Below are positions 35,798-45,279 of a DNA stretch of 64,000 nt, in pieces. Below the pieces are notes generated by a model. It saw only the letters and a program-made list of their open reading frames with translations. It ran no database searches and was not told the origin of the DNA. The stretch spans positions 25,767 through 89,766 of the forward strand of contig CAZFLE010000008.1 of assembly GCA_964519895.1 (NCBI GenBank). The letters run 5' to 3'. A program made the position numbers and the translations under genes. Each line of letters opens with the position of its first letter. The first letter of the stretch is position 1. The stretch comes from an uncultured Enterobacterales bacterium (GTDB taxonomy: Bacteria; Myxococcota_A; UBA796; CAJQPC01).

Positions 35798-38392
35798 ATG
35801 GAAGAGCTCGCGGACCTGCGACGGCAGAGGGTCGTCTCGCTCCTGGCCCCGCTCTTCTTCTTGTCGGGCGGCACCGCGCTGATCTACCAGACCCTGTGGG
35901 TCCGGCAGCTCCACCTGGTGTTTGGCACATCTCAGCAGGCCATCGCCACGGTGCTTGCCGCCTTCATGGGCGGCCTGGCGCTGGGGGGATTCTGGTCGTC
36001 TCGCCACGCCGACTCGCTGGCCAGGCCCCTGGGTCGCTACGCCGTGCTGGAGCTCATCATCGGCGGCTATGCCCTGGTGTTTCCCGTGCTGCTGGGGGTG
36101 GTCACCCCATGGCTGTTGCGCTTCCACAGGGCCTTCGAGCCGTCTCCAGAGGTCTTCGGGGCGGTCCAATTCGCGGTGGTCGCCCTGCTGTTGATGGTGC
36201 CGACCACGTGCATGGGGGCCACGCTGCCCTTGCTCGCCCGCTTCGCCACCCGGCGCGTGGGCGAAGCCGGCGCCGTGGTGGGGTGGCTCTACGGCGTCAA
36301 CACCTTGGGGGCCGTCGCCGGGGTAGCGCTGGGTGGGTTCGTGTTGTTGCCTGGGCTGGGACTGGCCGCGACCACATGGGTCGCGGCCGGGGCCAACGGT
36401 GGCTTGGGGCTGGCTGCCCTGGGCCTGTCGGGCCGGGCGGGTGACCTGCCGGCGCAAGCTCGCGGGGTGCCCGCCGCCGCGCCACCGCGCCGCCTGGAGG
36501 CCGGGCTGCTCGGAGTGGCCGCTCTGTCCGGCTTCGCTGCGTTGATCTACGAGCTGGCCTGGTTCCGGTTGATGGCGCTGATCCTGGGCGGCTCGACCTA
36601 TGCCTTCTCGGTCATGCTGATCGCCTTCCTTGTGGGCATCGCAGGGGGAGGCTGGGTGGCCGGGGGCCCGGCGGACCGCCTTCAGCGGGTGGCGGGACGG
36701 GCGGGCACCCTCCAGGGGCTCGCGGCCATCCAGGTCGGCATCGCGCTGCTGACCTACGCCATGATGTGGCTGTGGCAGGAGCTGCCCTTTGCCTTCGTGG
36801 CGCTCTACGACGCGATCGATGGCATCGACACGCTGCTCTGGGTGGCCACGATGGGGCTGGCGGCAGGGGTCATGGCACCCCCAGCACTGCTCATGGGGGC
36901 CACCTTCACGCTGTTGGTGCGCGCGGCCATCGGTGGGCGAGAAGACCCCCTGGGTCGGGCCGTGGGGCGCCTCTACGGGGCCAACACCCTGGGGGGCATC
37001 GCCGGCGCTGCAGCGGGTGGCTTCCTGCTGCTGCCGCTGCTCGACCTGACCGGCGCCGTGCGGGTGGCGGCCGGCGCGAACTTGCTGGCAGCAGGGGTGG
37101 CGGTCTGGCCCCTGCTGGCACGGGCCAGCGCCCTCATCACCGGACGGGTGGTCGTGGTGATCGCCGGCGCGGCTCTGTTCCTGATCACCGTGCCGCCACC
37201 CTGGAACCCGCTGCTGATGACCGCAGGGATGTACAAGTACGTGTCGGACCTCGACGACCACAGCCGGGAGTCCATCCTGGACTACGCGGTGCACGGCTAC
37301 CGGCTGCTGTTCTACGACGAGGGCTTGAGCACGGTCGTGACCGTGGCGCAGTCCCGGCAGACCGGCAATGTGTGGTTGGCGAACAACGGCAAGGTCGACG
37401 CCTCGACCACGGTGGACATGCCCACCCAGGTCCTGGTCAGCCACCTGCCCATGCTGTTCGCCCAGGAGCGCGAGCACGTGGTGGTGGTGGGGCTGGCGTC
37501 GGGCATCAGCGCCGGTGCGCTCACCCTCTACGACGAGGTGCAGCGGCTGGACGTCGTGGAGCTGGAGCCAGCCATCCTGGAGGCCGCCCGGTTCTTCGAG
37601 GACTACAACCACCACCTGCTCGACGACCCGCGGGTGACGATCACCGCCAACGACGGGCGCAACCACCTGCTGCTTGCAGATCCGGGCTCCATCGACGTCA
37701 TCGTGTCGGAGCCCTCGAATCCCTGGATCTCCGGGGTGTCGAACCTGTTCACCCGGGAGTTCTTCGAGCTGGGCCTGGCCCGGCTCTCGCCGTCCGGGGT
37801 CTGGGGTCAGTGGGTCCAGATGTACGGCATGGACGACGAGGACCTGCGCTCGCTGGTGGGGACCTTCTCCGACGTCTTCCCCCACGTGGCCCTGTTCGCC
37901 GCCGCCGAGGACGCCGACCTGGTGTTGGTGGGCTCCCGCGAACCCCTCGTCCTGGACCCCGTCGCGGCGGCACGCCTGGTCCACGACCACCCCGGGCGCC
38001 GGGCCGAGCTCAAGGCGATCGGCATCGAGACCCCTCACGATCTGCTGGCCTACTTCCAGATGGACGGCGCGGCACTCCAGGCGATGGCCGAAGGCGCCAC
38101 CCGCAACACCGACGACAACATGCGCATCGAATTCTCGGCGCCTCGCAACCTGCACCGGGAGACGGTGCCGGAGAACCTGGCCCTGCTGTACGACCACCTC
38201 CAGTCGCCGTGGCTGGGCACGGTAGAGGACGGTCTGGCGATGGGGCGGGCCTATGCGGGCCGCAAGGAGTGGGTGCGGGCACTGATCGCGGTGCGCGAGG
38301 TGCTCGCGGTCGCACCGGACCACGAGGAAGCGCTGGCGCTGCGCCTGGAGTGGGCTCTGGCCCTCAAAGAGGCGCTGGACGGCCCCGAGTGA
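35798..38392 (+). CDS. Multi-pass membrane protein fused to a spermidine synthase-like methyltransferase fold and a C-terminal TPR-like region
   Basis: 864 aa with many N-terminal TM helices, then VVVVGLASGISAGAL...DVIVSEPSNPWISGVSNLFTREFF (spermidine synthase-like). Confidence 0.8.
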   Translation: MEELADLRRQRVVSLLAPLFFLSGGTALIYQTLWVRQLHLVFGTSQQAIATVLAAFMGGLALGGFWSSRHADSLARPLGRYAVLELIIGGYALVFPVLLGVVTPWLLRFHRAFEPSPEVFGAVQFAVVALLLMVPTTCMGATLPLLARFATRRVGEAGAVVGWLYGVNTLGAVAGVALGGFVLLPGLGLAATTWVAAGANGGLGLAALGLSGRAGDLPAQARGVPAAAPPRRLEAGLLGVAALSGFAALIYELAWFRLMALILGGSTYAFSVMLIAFLVGIAGGGWVAGGPADRLQRVAGRAGTLQGLAAIQVGIALLTYAMMWLWQELPFAFVALYDAIDGIDTLLWVATMGLAAGVMAPPALLMGATFTLLVRAAIGGREDPLGRAVGRLYGANTLGGIAGAAAGGFLLLPLLDLTGAVRVAAGANLLAAGVAVWPLLARASALITGRVVVVIAGAALFLITVPPPWNPLLMTAGMYKYVSDLDDHSRESILDYAVHGYRLLFYDEGLSTVVTVAQSRQTGNVWLANNGKVDASTTVDMPTQVLVSHLPMLFAQEREHVVVVGLASGISAGALTLYDEVQRLDVVELEPAILEAARFFEDYNHHLLDDPRVTITANDGRNHLLLADPGSIDVIVSEPSNPWISGVSNLFTREFFELGLARLSPSGVWGQWVQMYGMDDEDLRSLVGTFSDVFPHVALFAAAEDADLVLVGSREPLVLDPVAAARLVHDHPGRRAELKAIGIETPHDLLAYFQMDGAALQAMAEGATRNTDDNMRIEFSAPRNLHRETVPENLALLYDHLQSPWLGTVEDGLAMGRAYAGRKEWVRALIAVREVLAVAPDHEEALALRLEWALALKEALDGPE

Positions 38393-38401
38393 GACAGGGG
38401 A

Positions 38402-39169
38402 CTACTGATCGTCGTCGTCGAGCTCGACGTGGATGCCGTGGCCAGCGGCCCGGCGGGCGGCGCGTCGACCCAACAGGGCCTCCAGCGGGCCGGACACCAG
38501 GTACAGCACCGCGAGCCCGAACAACCACAGGCTGATGTCGTAGACCAGACCCAGAGCGATGCCGGACCCGGCTGTGAGCGCGAACAGCGCCTTGGTCCGG
38601 GCGTCGAAGCGGAAGGACTTGAAGGTGCGGAAGGGCACCGGCGAGACCATCAGCAGGGCCAGGAGCGCGGTCAGTGCAAGGGGGCCTTCGACGTTGGCGA
38701 CAAAGGTGCGGCCCAAGGCGGCGTGGGACATGACCATCGCGGCGAGCATGCCGCCGGCGATGGTGGTGGTGAGGCCCTCGGAGTGGGTCTCCTTGGTCCC
38801 GTCGGCCGCGACGTTGAAGCGGGCGAGCCGGAAGATGCCGCACAGGGCGAAGCCGAAGCTGACCGCCAGGCCGAACCAGCCCACGGCGTCGAGGCCCCAG
38901 GCGTAGACGAGCACCGCGGGGGCGACGCAGAAGGACACGGCGTCGGAGAAGGAGTCGAGCTGGATGCCGAAGTCCGAGCCTCGACCGGTCACCCGGGCCA
39001 CCCCGCCGTCCAGCAGGTCGAAGACCATCGCGAAGCAGATCAGCAGGCCGGCCTGGTGGAAGACCCTGGGGTCGCCCGGGTTTCCCGCGGCCAGCAGGAT
39101 GGCGTAGAACCCACAGAAGAACCCGGCTGACGTGAACCAGTTCGGTGGATTCAGGAAGTGCTTGAGCAT
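38402..39169 (-). CDS. pssA: CDP-diacylglycerol--serine O-phosphatidyltransferase (CDP-alcohol phosphatidyltransferase family)
   Basis: DLLDGGVARVTGRGSDFGIQLDSFSDAVSF matches D-x2-DG-x2-AR...G-x3-D-x3-D. The protein is multi-TM. Confidence 0.8.
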   Translation of the reverse strand: MLKHFLNPPNWFTSAGFFCGFYAILLAAGNPGDPRVFHQAGLLICFAMVFDLLDGGVARVTGRGSDFGIQLDSFSDAVSFCVAPAVLVYAWGLDAVGWFGLAVSFGFALCGIFRLARFNVAADGTKETHSEGLTTTIAGGMLAAMVMSHAALGRTFVANVEGPLALTALLALLMVSPVPFRTFKSFRFDARTKALFALTAGSGIALGLVYDISLWLFGLAVLYLVSGPLEALLGRRAARRAAGHGIHVELDDDDQ

Positions 39170-39237
39170 CGGGCCATCCCGCGATCGCGCCCAAGATAGG
39201 GCGAGATGGGCTCGGCGGCAATGATTGTTGGCTTATC

Positions 39238-39281
39238 GGCCGGATCATCGAAGTTGCCCGATCAACTTCGGTGACCCGGCC
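39238..39281 (-). terminator. Hairpin immediately after aspartokinase (no U-tract)
   Basis: ggccgg-N5-cgaagttg-loop-caacttcg-N5-ccggcc: an 8-bp perfect inner stem plus a 6-bp outer stem, 2 nt after the stop. There is no T-run, so terminator function is uncertain. Confidence 0.3.
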
Positions 39282-39283
39282 GA

Positions 39284-40426
39284 TCAGGCGGCCCCAGTGC
39301 CGGAGACCAGGGCGTCGTGCAAGACGGCCACCGCGGCATCTCCCGCGTTGACGGCGACACGGAAGCACAGGGTCTCGGGCGCCGCGGACCAGGACAGCAG
39401 GGGGACTCCCGCTGTGGCCAGCGCGGCGAGTCCCCGGGCGCACAGGTCTCCCTGGAGCCCGATGCCGGTGCCCACTGCGGTGACGACCGCCACCCTGCCC
39501 TGGCTTCGGGCCCCCTCTGGGACATGGAAGGCGGCCCGATCGGGCCAGTTCCGCACGTCGACGACGACCTCGCCGCACCCGGCGCTGCGCACACGGGCCC
39601 CCGCCGCGGCCAGGGCCAGCAGCAACGGGGCCGGGTCCTCGCACCCGAAGACCTCGAGCTCCGCGTCGACCGCCAGGGCGGCGACCCGAGGCGGCTGGGG
39701 CGGCACGGAGATGCGCGTGCCGGCACCGGGACTCGCCGTGGCCGACAGCCGCAGCTCGACCCCATGGCGGTGGGCATAGGCCACGGCCTCGTCGTGCAGC
39801 ACGCGGCCGCCACCCCGGGCCAGGGCGAGGGCCTCGTCCAGGCTCATCGTGTCGAGCTTGAGGGCCTGTGAGACCTTGCGAGGGTCTGTCGTGTAGACCC
39901 CGTCCACGTCGGAGCAGATCTCGCACCACGCGGCGTCCAGGGCCGCAGCCAGGACGACCGCGGTGGTGTCCGAGCCCCCGCGCCCCAGGGTGGTGACCTC
40001 GCGGTCGCGGCTGACCCCTTGGAAGCCAGCGACGATGGCCACGTGGCCCTCTTCCAGCGCCGCGAGCAAGCGCTGCGGGCGCACGGCGATGACCTGGGCG
40101 TTGCTGTGGGACTCGTCGGTGATGATGCCGCTCTGGCTGCCGGTGAACGAGCGGGCGGGCACCCCTCGGTCGTTGATCGCCATCGCCAGCAGGGCCATGC
40201 CGATGCGCTCCCCCACGCTGACGAGCATGTCGAGCTCTCGTCGACCAGGCGCTGGCGAGACCTGGCGGGCCAGCGCCAGGAGCTCGTTGGTCGTGTTGCC
40301 CATGGCCGAGCAGACCACCACGACCTGGTGGCCCAGGCCGACGGTGCGGATGATCCGCTCGGCCACCTGGTGGATGCCGGCCACGGTGGCCACAGAGCTG
40401 CCCCCGTACTTCTGGACGACGATCAC
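39284..40426 (-). CDS. lysC: Aspartate kinase
   Basis: [40 protein letters not shown], and a C-terminal ACT-like region. Confidence 0.92.
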   Translation of the reverse strand: MIVVQKYGGSSVATVAGIHQVAERIIRTVGLGHQVVVVCSAMGNTTNELLALARQVSPAPGRRELDMLVSVGERIGMALLAMAINDRGVPARSFTGSQSGIITDESHSNAQVIAVRPQRLLAALEEGHVAIVAGFQGVSRDREVTTLGRGGSDTTAVVLAAALDAAWCEICSDVDGVYTTDPRKVSQALKLDTMSLDEALALARGGGRVLHDEAVAYAHRHGVELRLSATASPGAGTRISVPPQPPRVAALAVDAELEVFGCEDPAPLLLALAAAGARVRSAGCGEVVVDVRNWPDRAAFHVPEGARSQGRVAVVTAVGTGIGLQGDLCARGLAALATAGVPLLSWSAAPETLCFRVAVNAGDAAVAVLHDALVSGTGAA

Positions 40427-40439
40427 GGCGCCTCCACCG

Positions 40440-41252
40440 CTACCAGATGTGGACTTCGTCGACGTAGAGCACGTTGGCGCCGCGGTCTGAGCTGTAGAAC
40501 GCCGTCACGTCGCGCAGCACCAGGGCCTCCAGGTCCCCCGGGCGCAAGGGCTCGTTGCCCTCGCGGGGAGGGAAGTCGGTGAGTGCGAACTCGACCGGGA
40601 CCCACCGATCGGTGGGGATGGCGACGGGTTCGTCGGGCGCATAGCTACGACCCCGGTCGTCGTGCAGCGACGGCAGCACATAGGCCGGGAAGTTCTCGCT
40701 GCGCAGGGACATGCGGACCAGCGATGGCGCGGGCTCGGGGTCGTCGAAGTACACGACGATCTGGTCGTCTTCGCGGTCCTCGACCGTGGTGGTCCATGCC
40801 ATCGCCGGCTCGCCCTCGGGCGGCAAGGGTCGGGCCTCGATGGTGCCCTTGTCCCCGTGCTGCCAGCTGTGCAGCCAGTGGGCGGTGCCCAGCCGGAAGT
40901 CGTGGGTCACGGGAAGCCGACGGATGCGAAGTTCCTGGGCGTCGATCTGGCCGAGCAGGGCGCGGGCGTGGGGCGCCGCGGTGGGATCGTCCTGGGCCGC
41001 CCGCAGCTCGCGCCGGGCGCGGTCGGCGTCGCCGCTCAGGTAGCTGGCCCGCCCCATCCAGTAGTGCAGCTCACCCGCGGTGGGATCCGAGTTGTCCAGG
41101 CCCGCGAGCAGGCCCCAGTACCACTCCTGGGCGCCGGCGGCGTCGCCTTCGGCCGCTTCCTTCAGCAGGCCTTCGTACATGCCTTGCCAGGCCCGCAGGT
41201 CCTGGGCCTGTGCTGTCGTCCACAGCCCCGCGAGGAGCAGGGGCAGCACCAA
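40440..41252 (-). CDS. Secreted hypothetical protein
   Basis: 270 aa with signal peptide [17 protein letters not shown] and a TPR-like N-terminal segment. No family recognised. Confidence 0.5.
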   Translation of the reverse strand: MVLPLLLAGLWTTAQAQDLRAWQGMYEGLLKEAAEGDAAGAQEWYWGLLAGLDNSDPTAGELHYWMGRASYLSGDADRARRELRAAQDDPTAAPHARALLGQIDAQELRIRRLPVTHDFRLGTAHWLHSWQHGDKGTIEARPLPPEGEPAMAWTTTVEDREDDQIVVYFDDPEPAPSLVRMSLRSENFPAYVLPSLHDDRGRSYAPDEPVAIPTDRWVPVEFALTDFPPREGNEPLRPGDLEALVLRDVTAFYSSDRGANVLYVDEVHIW

Positions 41253-41257
41253 GGGGC

Positions 41258-41962
41258 TCAGCCCTCTTCGGCGATGAAGCGGTAGCCCACACCGTGCATG
41301 GTCTCGATGAACCGCGGGCTCTGGGCGTTGTCCCCGAGCTTCTTGCGCACGTTCAGGATGTGGGTGTCCACGGTCCGGGTCGTGACGTTTGGGCTGTACT
41401 CCCAGATCTCCTTGAGGAGGAGGTCCCGGGCCAGCACCTTGCCCCGGTGCTCGATCAGGTAGCGCAGCAGCTCCTGCTCGCGGTTGGACAGCCGCTCCTC
41501 GACCCCACTGGGACGGCGGATGACGTAGTTGTCCAGGTCGACGTCGATCTCGCCGAACTTGTAGAAGCTGCGGGCGCCGCCGGAACGGCGGAGCGCCGCC
41601 CGGATCCGAGCGTTCAGCTCGCGCAGCGAGAACGGCTTGGTGATGAAGTCGTCGGCGCCCAGCTCGAACCCCAGGAGCTTGTCCTGTTCGCTGGTGCGGG
41701 CGGTCAGGAAGAGCACGGGGCCCTTGAACTTCTTGGTGTCCCGCAGCGCCCGACAGATCTCGAAACCGTCCATGTCGCCGCCGTTGGGGCCTTCCTGGAG
41801 CATGACGTCGAGGACCGCCACGTCGGGGGGGAAGCGCTCGGCGAGCTCCAACGCCTCGGGGCCCGAGCGGGCGCCGTAGACGTCGAAGCCTTCACGGCGG
41901 AAGTAGGCCTGGAGGGACTTGAGTACCTCGAGCTCGTCTTCGACGAAGAGAATCCGTGCCAT
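41258..41962 (-). CDS. OmpR-family response regulator
   Basis: 234 aa: MARILFVEDE...VAVLDVMLQ (receiver Asp)...TKPFSLRELNARI. It has a winged-helix C-terminus (TRTVDTHILNVRKKL, GVGYRF). It is the last 235 codons of track ORF 41258..45454. Confidence 0.9.
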   Translation of the reverse strand: MARILFVEDELEVLKSLQAYFRREGFDVYGARSGPEALELAERFPPDVAVLDVMLQEGPNGGDMDGFEICRALRDTKKFKGPVLFLTARTSEQDKLLGFELGADDFITKPFSLRELNARIRAALRRSGGARSFYKFGEIDVDLDNYVIRRPSGVEERLSNREQELLRYLIEHRGKVLARDLLLKEIWEYSPNVTTRTVDTHILNVRKKLGDNAQSPRFIETMHGVGYRFIAEEG

Positions 41963-41970
41963 CGTGACCC

Positions 41971-44070
41971 CTAGGCTCCCGTGCTGGACCCCGCGTCGGG
42001 GAGCGGGAAGTGTAACGTGAAGGCCGTGCCGACACCGATCTCGGACGTGACGCCCACCGTGCCCCGGTGGGCCTCCATGATGTAGCGAACGATGGTCAGG
42101 CCGATGCCCGTGCCCTTCTTGCGGCGTGCGGCCTTGTCCCGGCTGCGGAAGAAGCGGTCGAAGATCTGGGGCAGCTCCTCTTCGGCGATGCCCAGCCCCC
42201 GGTCCGAGACGATGATGCGCACCCACTCTTCGTCGTAGCGGCACTCGATGCCGATCCAGCCGCCGTCCTCGCCGTACTTCGCCGCGTTGGAGATCAGGTT
42301 CTGGATCACCTGGCGCACGGCCTCGGGGTCGTGGTGCACCATCGGCAGGTCGTCGGGCAGGACCATGTCCATGACCATGCCGCGGGTCTCCATGGCGTAG
42401 CGGGACGACTCCACGCCCATCCGGATCGTCTCGAGCAGGTCTCCGGGCCGAAGGGTGTACTTCTTGGCCCCCTGTTCGATGGCGGCGAAGTCGAGGATGT
42501 TGTCGACCAGGCTGGAGAGGCGCTCGGACTCCGTCACGATGGCGTCGTAGGAGGACTGGAGGTCCTCTTCGCCTTCGACCAGCCCGAGCTGGAGGAATTC
42601 CCCCTTGAGCCGGATGTTCGTGATCGGGCTCCGGAGCTCGTGGGAGACGTTGGCGGCGAAGTCGGCCTTCATGCGGGCCACATCGAGCTCCTGGCCGATC
42701 ATGCGCCACGTGAGCACCGTGCCGGTAGTGATCATCAGCACCGAGAGCAGGATGATGCCGAGCCGCTGGTTGCGCTTGGTCGCTTGCACGCTGCGCATGG
42801 CCTCGGGGTCTCGGGGGGTCACGACCAGGGACCAGCCGGGCATCCAGGGGGCCAGGCTGCGCCGGGTCATCGCCGCCACGGGCAGGTCCATGTCCGGGGG
42901 CACCAGCGATGCGACCACGGTGCCGTCGGCGCGACCGGCCTGGACGGAGAGCGCTGCAAGGCCCTTGCGCAGCTCGCTCAGGTCCAGGCCGAAGGCGTAG
43001 AGGTCTCCACTCCACCAGATCGTGGCCCACAGCACCCCGCGGATCCGGGTGTAGGCCATCTCGGCCGCCTCGACCGGCAGCGCCAGACCGCCGCCCGTGA
43101 GGGTCTGGAGGTCCGGGTAGAGCTGCTCGGCCCAGAAGAGCAAGCGGGTCTTCTCCTCCAGACGGCCTCGGGCGGTGGCCAACCAGTCCCGCGGTGCGAG
43201 CTCCTCGAGCAGCTCCAGGGCGCGGGCGGCGATCGCGGCTTCGCCACCCTGGCCGATGGTCCAGCGCTCGCTCAGCTTCTCGTCGACCAGGGCCCTCAGC
43301 TCGGCGGTGCCGGCGACCACGTTGCGCTCCAGGTCGAGCTGCCCGAGCTTGAGCTGGGCCAGGTCCCCGAGCCGGAAGCCGTGGATGTCTCGCACGCTGC
43401 TGTACTCGATCACCACTTCGGTGAGCACCAGGGCGGCCTCGTCGTCCTGGTCCGCCTTCATGAGCGCGCGGCCCTTGGAGAACAGGGCCTGGCCCTTGGC
43501 CTGGCGACCCCGGGCGTTGCGAAAGGCGCGGTCGTAGAGCGTCGACGCGATGGGCGGATCGCCCCCCGGCTGCTCGTGTCCTCGGGCGGCGCGCCAGGTG
43601 TCGCTGAAGTACACGGCCTGGTCCACGGGGGGCGCGTCGGCCGGCGCCTCGAAGGGGGCGGCGATGCGGCCCTGACCGTCCAGCCGGACCGCCAGCAGCA
43701 GGTAGGGGGAGATCTCCCCGGTCTGGTCGACGACCGAGCGGCCGGACTCCAGCCGTCGGCGCACGGCGCTCTCGAAGCCACCGAAGAGGGCGTCGGCCCG
43801 GGAGACCACCGCCGCGGCGAGGGTCTGGGCGCGGCGCTCGACCTCGACCCGGACCTGGAGCTCCTCGCCGCGCAGGCTGCTGAGGCTGAAGTACGCCAGC
43901 GCCAGCCCCGGCAGGATGACCGTGAGCAGGAACACCCAGAAGAAGCGCAGCTGGCCCCGCAGCTCCAGCAGCTGCTGGAGGGCCTGGACCTCGCCGCCCT
44001 TGGAGGGGGCGAGCAGGCGGGCGACCAGCCGGAGGAAGCGGCCGGGTCGGCGGGTCTGGAGCTCGGCCAC
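41971..44070 (-). CDS. Sensor histidine kinase with a large extracytoplasmic sensor region
   Basis: 699 aa with two TM segments flanking about 350 aa. It has the H-box FAANVSHELRSPITNI, N/G boxes (NLISNAAKYG, GTGIGLTIV). Confidence 0.85.
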   Translation of the reverse strand: MAELQTRRPGRFLRLVARLLAPSKGGEVQALQQLLELRGQLRFFWVFLLTVILPGLALAYFSLSSLRGEELQVRVEVERRAQTLAAAVVSRADALFGGFESAVRRRLESGRSVVDQTGEISPYLLLAVRLDGQGRIAAPFEAPADAPPVDQAVYFSDTWRAARGHEQPGGDPPIASTLYDRAFRNARGRQAKGQALFSKGRALMKADQDDEAALVLTEVVIEYSSVRDIHGFRLGDLAQLKLGQLDLERNVVAGTAELRALVDEKLSERWTIGQGGEAAIAARALELLEELAPRDWLATARGRLEEKTRLLFWAEQLYPDLQTLTGGGLALPVEAAEMAYTRIRGVLWATIWWSGDLYAFGLDLSELRKGLAALSVQAGRADGTVVASLVPPDMDLPVAAMTRRSLAPWMPGWSLVVTPRDPEAMRSVQATKRNQRLGIILLSVLMITTGTVLTWRMIGQELDVARMKADFAANVSHELRSPITNIRLKGEFLQLGLVEGEEDLQSSYDAIVTESERLSSLVDNILDFAAIEQGAKKYTLRPGDLLETIRMGVESSRYAMETRGMVMDMVLPDDLPMVHHDPEAVRQVIQNLISNAAKYGEDGGWIGIECRYDEEWVRIIVSDRGLGIAEEELPQIFDRFFRSRDKAARRKKGTGIGLTIVRYIMEAHRGTVGVTSEIGVGTAFTLHFPLPDAGSSTGA

Positions 44071-44079
44071 GCCTGCAGC

Positions 44080-45246
44080 TTAGAAGAAGGCCTGGATGCC
44101 GGTGAGGTAGCGCCCGAGGATCAGGTTGTGGATGTCGTGGGTGCCCTCGTAGGTCTTCACGGACTCCAGGTTCACCATGTGGCGCATGACCGGGTACTCG
44201 TCCAGGATGCCGTTGGCGCCGTGGATGTCCCGGGCGACCCGGGCGATGTCCAGGGCGATGTCGACGTTGTTCATCTTGGCCAGGCTGATCTGCTCGGGGA
44301 TCACGGTGCCGGCGTCCTTGAGGCGGCCGCACTGGAGCGCCAGGAGCTGGCCCTTGGTGATCTCGCGGAGCATCCAGGCCAGCTTGTTCTGGATGAGCTG
44401 GTAGCTGGCGATGGGCTTGTCGAACTGGATGCGGCTCTTGCTGTACTCCAGGGCCGAGTGCGCGCAGGCCATCGCCGAGCCCAGGGCACCCCAGCTGATG
44501 CCGAAGCGGGCGTTGTTCAGGCAGCTGAAGGGCCCGCGCAGGCCCCCGACCTCGGGGAGCAGGCGGTCCTTGGGGATGCGGCAGTCCTGGAAGACCAGCT
44601 CGCTGGTGATGCTGGCCTTGAGGCTGTGCTTGCCGGTCATCTCCGGGGCGCTGAAGCCCGGGTCGCCCTGTTCCACGATGAAGCCCCGGATGCGACCATC
44701 GAGCTTGGCCCAGACGATGGCCACATGAGCGATGGTGCCGTTGGTGATCCACATCTTGGCGCCGTTGAGCACGAAGCTGTCGCCGTCGTCGACGGCACGA
44801 GTGATCATGCCGCCGGGGTTGGAGCCGAAGTCCGGTTCGGTCAGGCCGAAGCAGCCGATGAACTCGCCGCTGGCCATCTTGGGCAGGTACTTCTGCTTCT
44901 GGGCCTCGGTCCCGAATTTCCAGATCGGGAACATGGCCAAGGAGCCCTGGACAGAGACGAACGAGCGCAGGCCCGAGTCGCCTCGCTCCAGCTCCTGGCA
45001 GATGAGCCCGTAGGCCACGTTGCTCATGCCTGCGCAGTCGTAGCCGTGCAGGTTGGCGCCCAACAGCCCCATCTCGCCGATCTCGGCGACCAGCTCCATG
45101 GGGAAGGTGCCTGCGCGGCAGTGCCCCTCGATGATGGGGATGATCTTCTCCTCGACCCAGCTGCGCACCAGGTCCCGGACCATCACCTCTTCTTCGGAGA
45201 GGAGCGACTCGATCTGGTAGAAGTCGAAGCCCTGGAACTTCTGCAT
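44080..45246 (-). CDS. gcdH: Acyl-CoA dehydrogenase, glutaryl-CoA dehydrogenase-like
   Basis: 388 aa from MQKFQGFDFYQIESLLSEEE, with GCFGLTEPDFGSNPGGM and YEGTHDIHNLILGRYLTGIQAFF. It is the tail of track ORF 44080..46500. Confidence 0.8.
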   Translation of the reverse strand: MQKFQGFDFYQIESLLSEEEVMVRDLVRSWVEEKIIPIIEGHCRAGTFPMELVAEIGEMGLLGANLHGYDCAGMSNVAYGLICQELERGDSGLRSFVSVQGSLAMFPIWKFGTEAQKQKYLPKMASGEFIGCFGLTEPDFGSNPGGMITRAVDDGDSFVLNGAKMWITNGTIAHVAIVWAKLDGRIRGFIVEQGDPGFSAPEMTGKHSLKASITSELVFQDCRIPKDRLLPEVGGLRGPFSCLNNARFGISWGALGSAMACAHSALEYSKSRIQFDKPIASYQLIQNKLAWMLREITKGQLLALQCGRLKDAGTVIPEQISLAKMNNVDIALDIARVARDIHGANGILDEYPVMRHMVNLESVKTYEGTHDIHNLILGRYLTGIQAFF

Positions 45247-45279
45247 GGGGACCTCCGGAGGGGGCGGCCCGACTAACCG

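Noticed and set aside
35777-38323. An 848-aa minus-strand ORF, antisense to the spermidine-synthase-like gene
   Set aside because: Its translation is dominated by Arg/Gly/Pro/His/Gln with no TM or domain logic. The plus-strand frame, by contrast, has clear TM helices and a SpeE-like motif. It is a typical stop-codon-poor antisense frame in GC-rich DNA.
40427-40439. A lysine riboswitch upstream of aspartokinase
   Set aside because: Only 13 nt separate the gene from the upstream ORF, so there is no room for a riboswitch.
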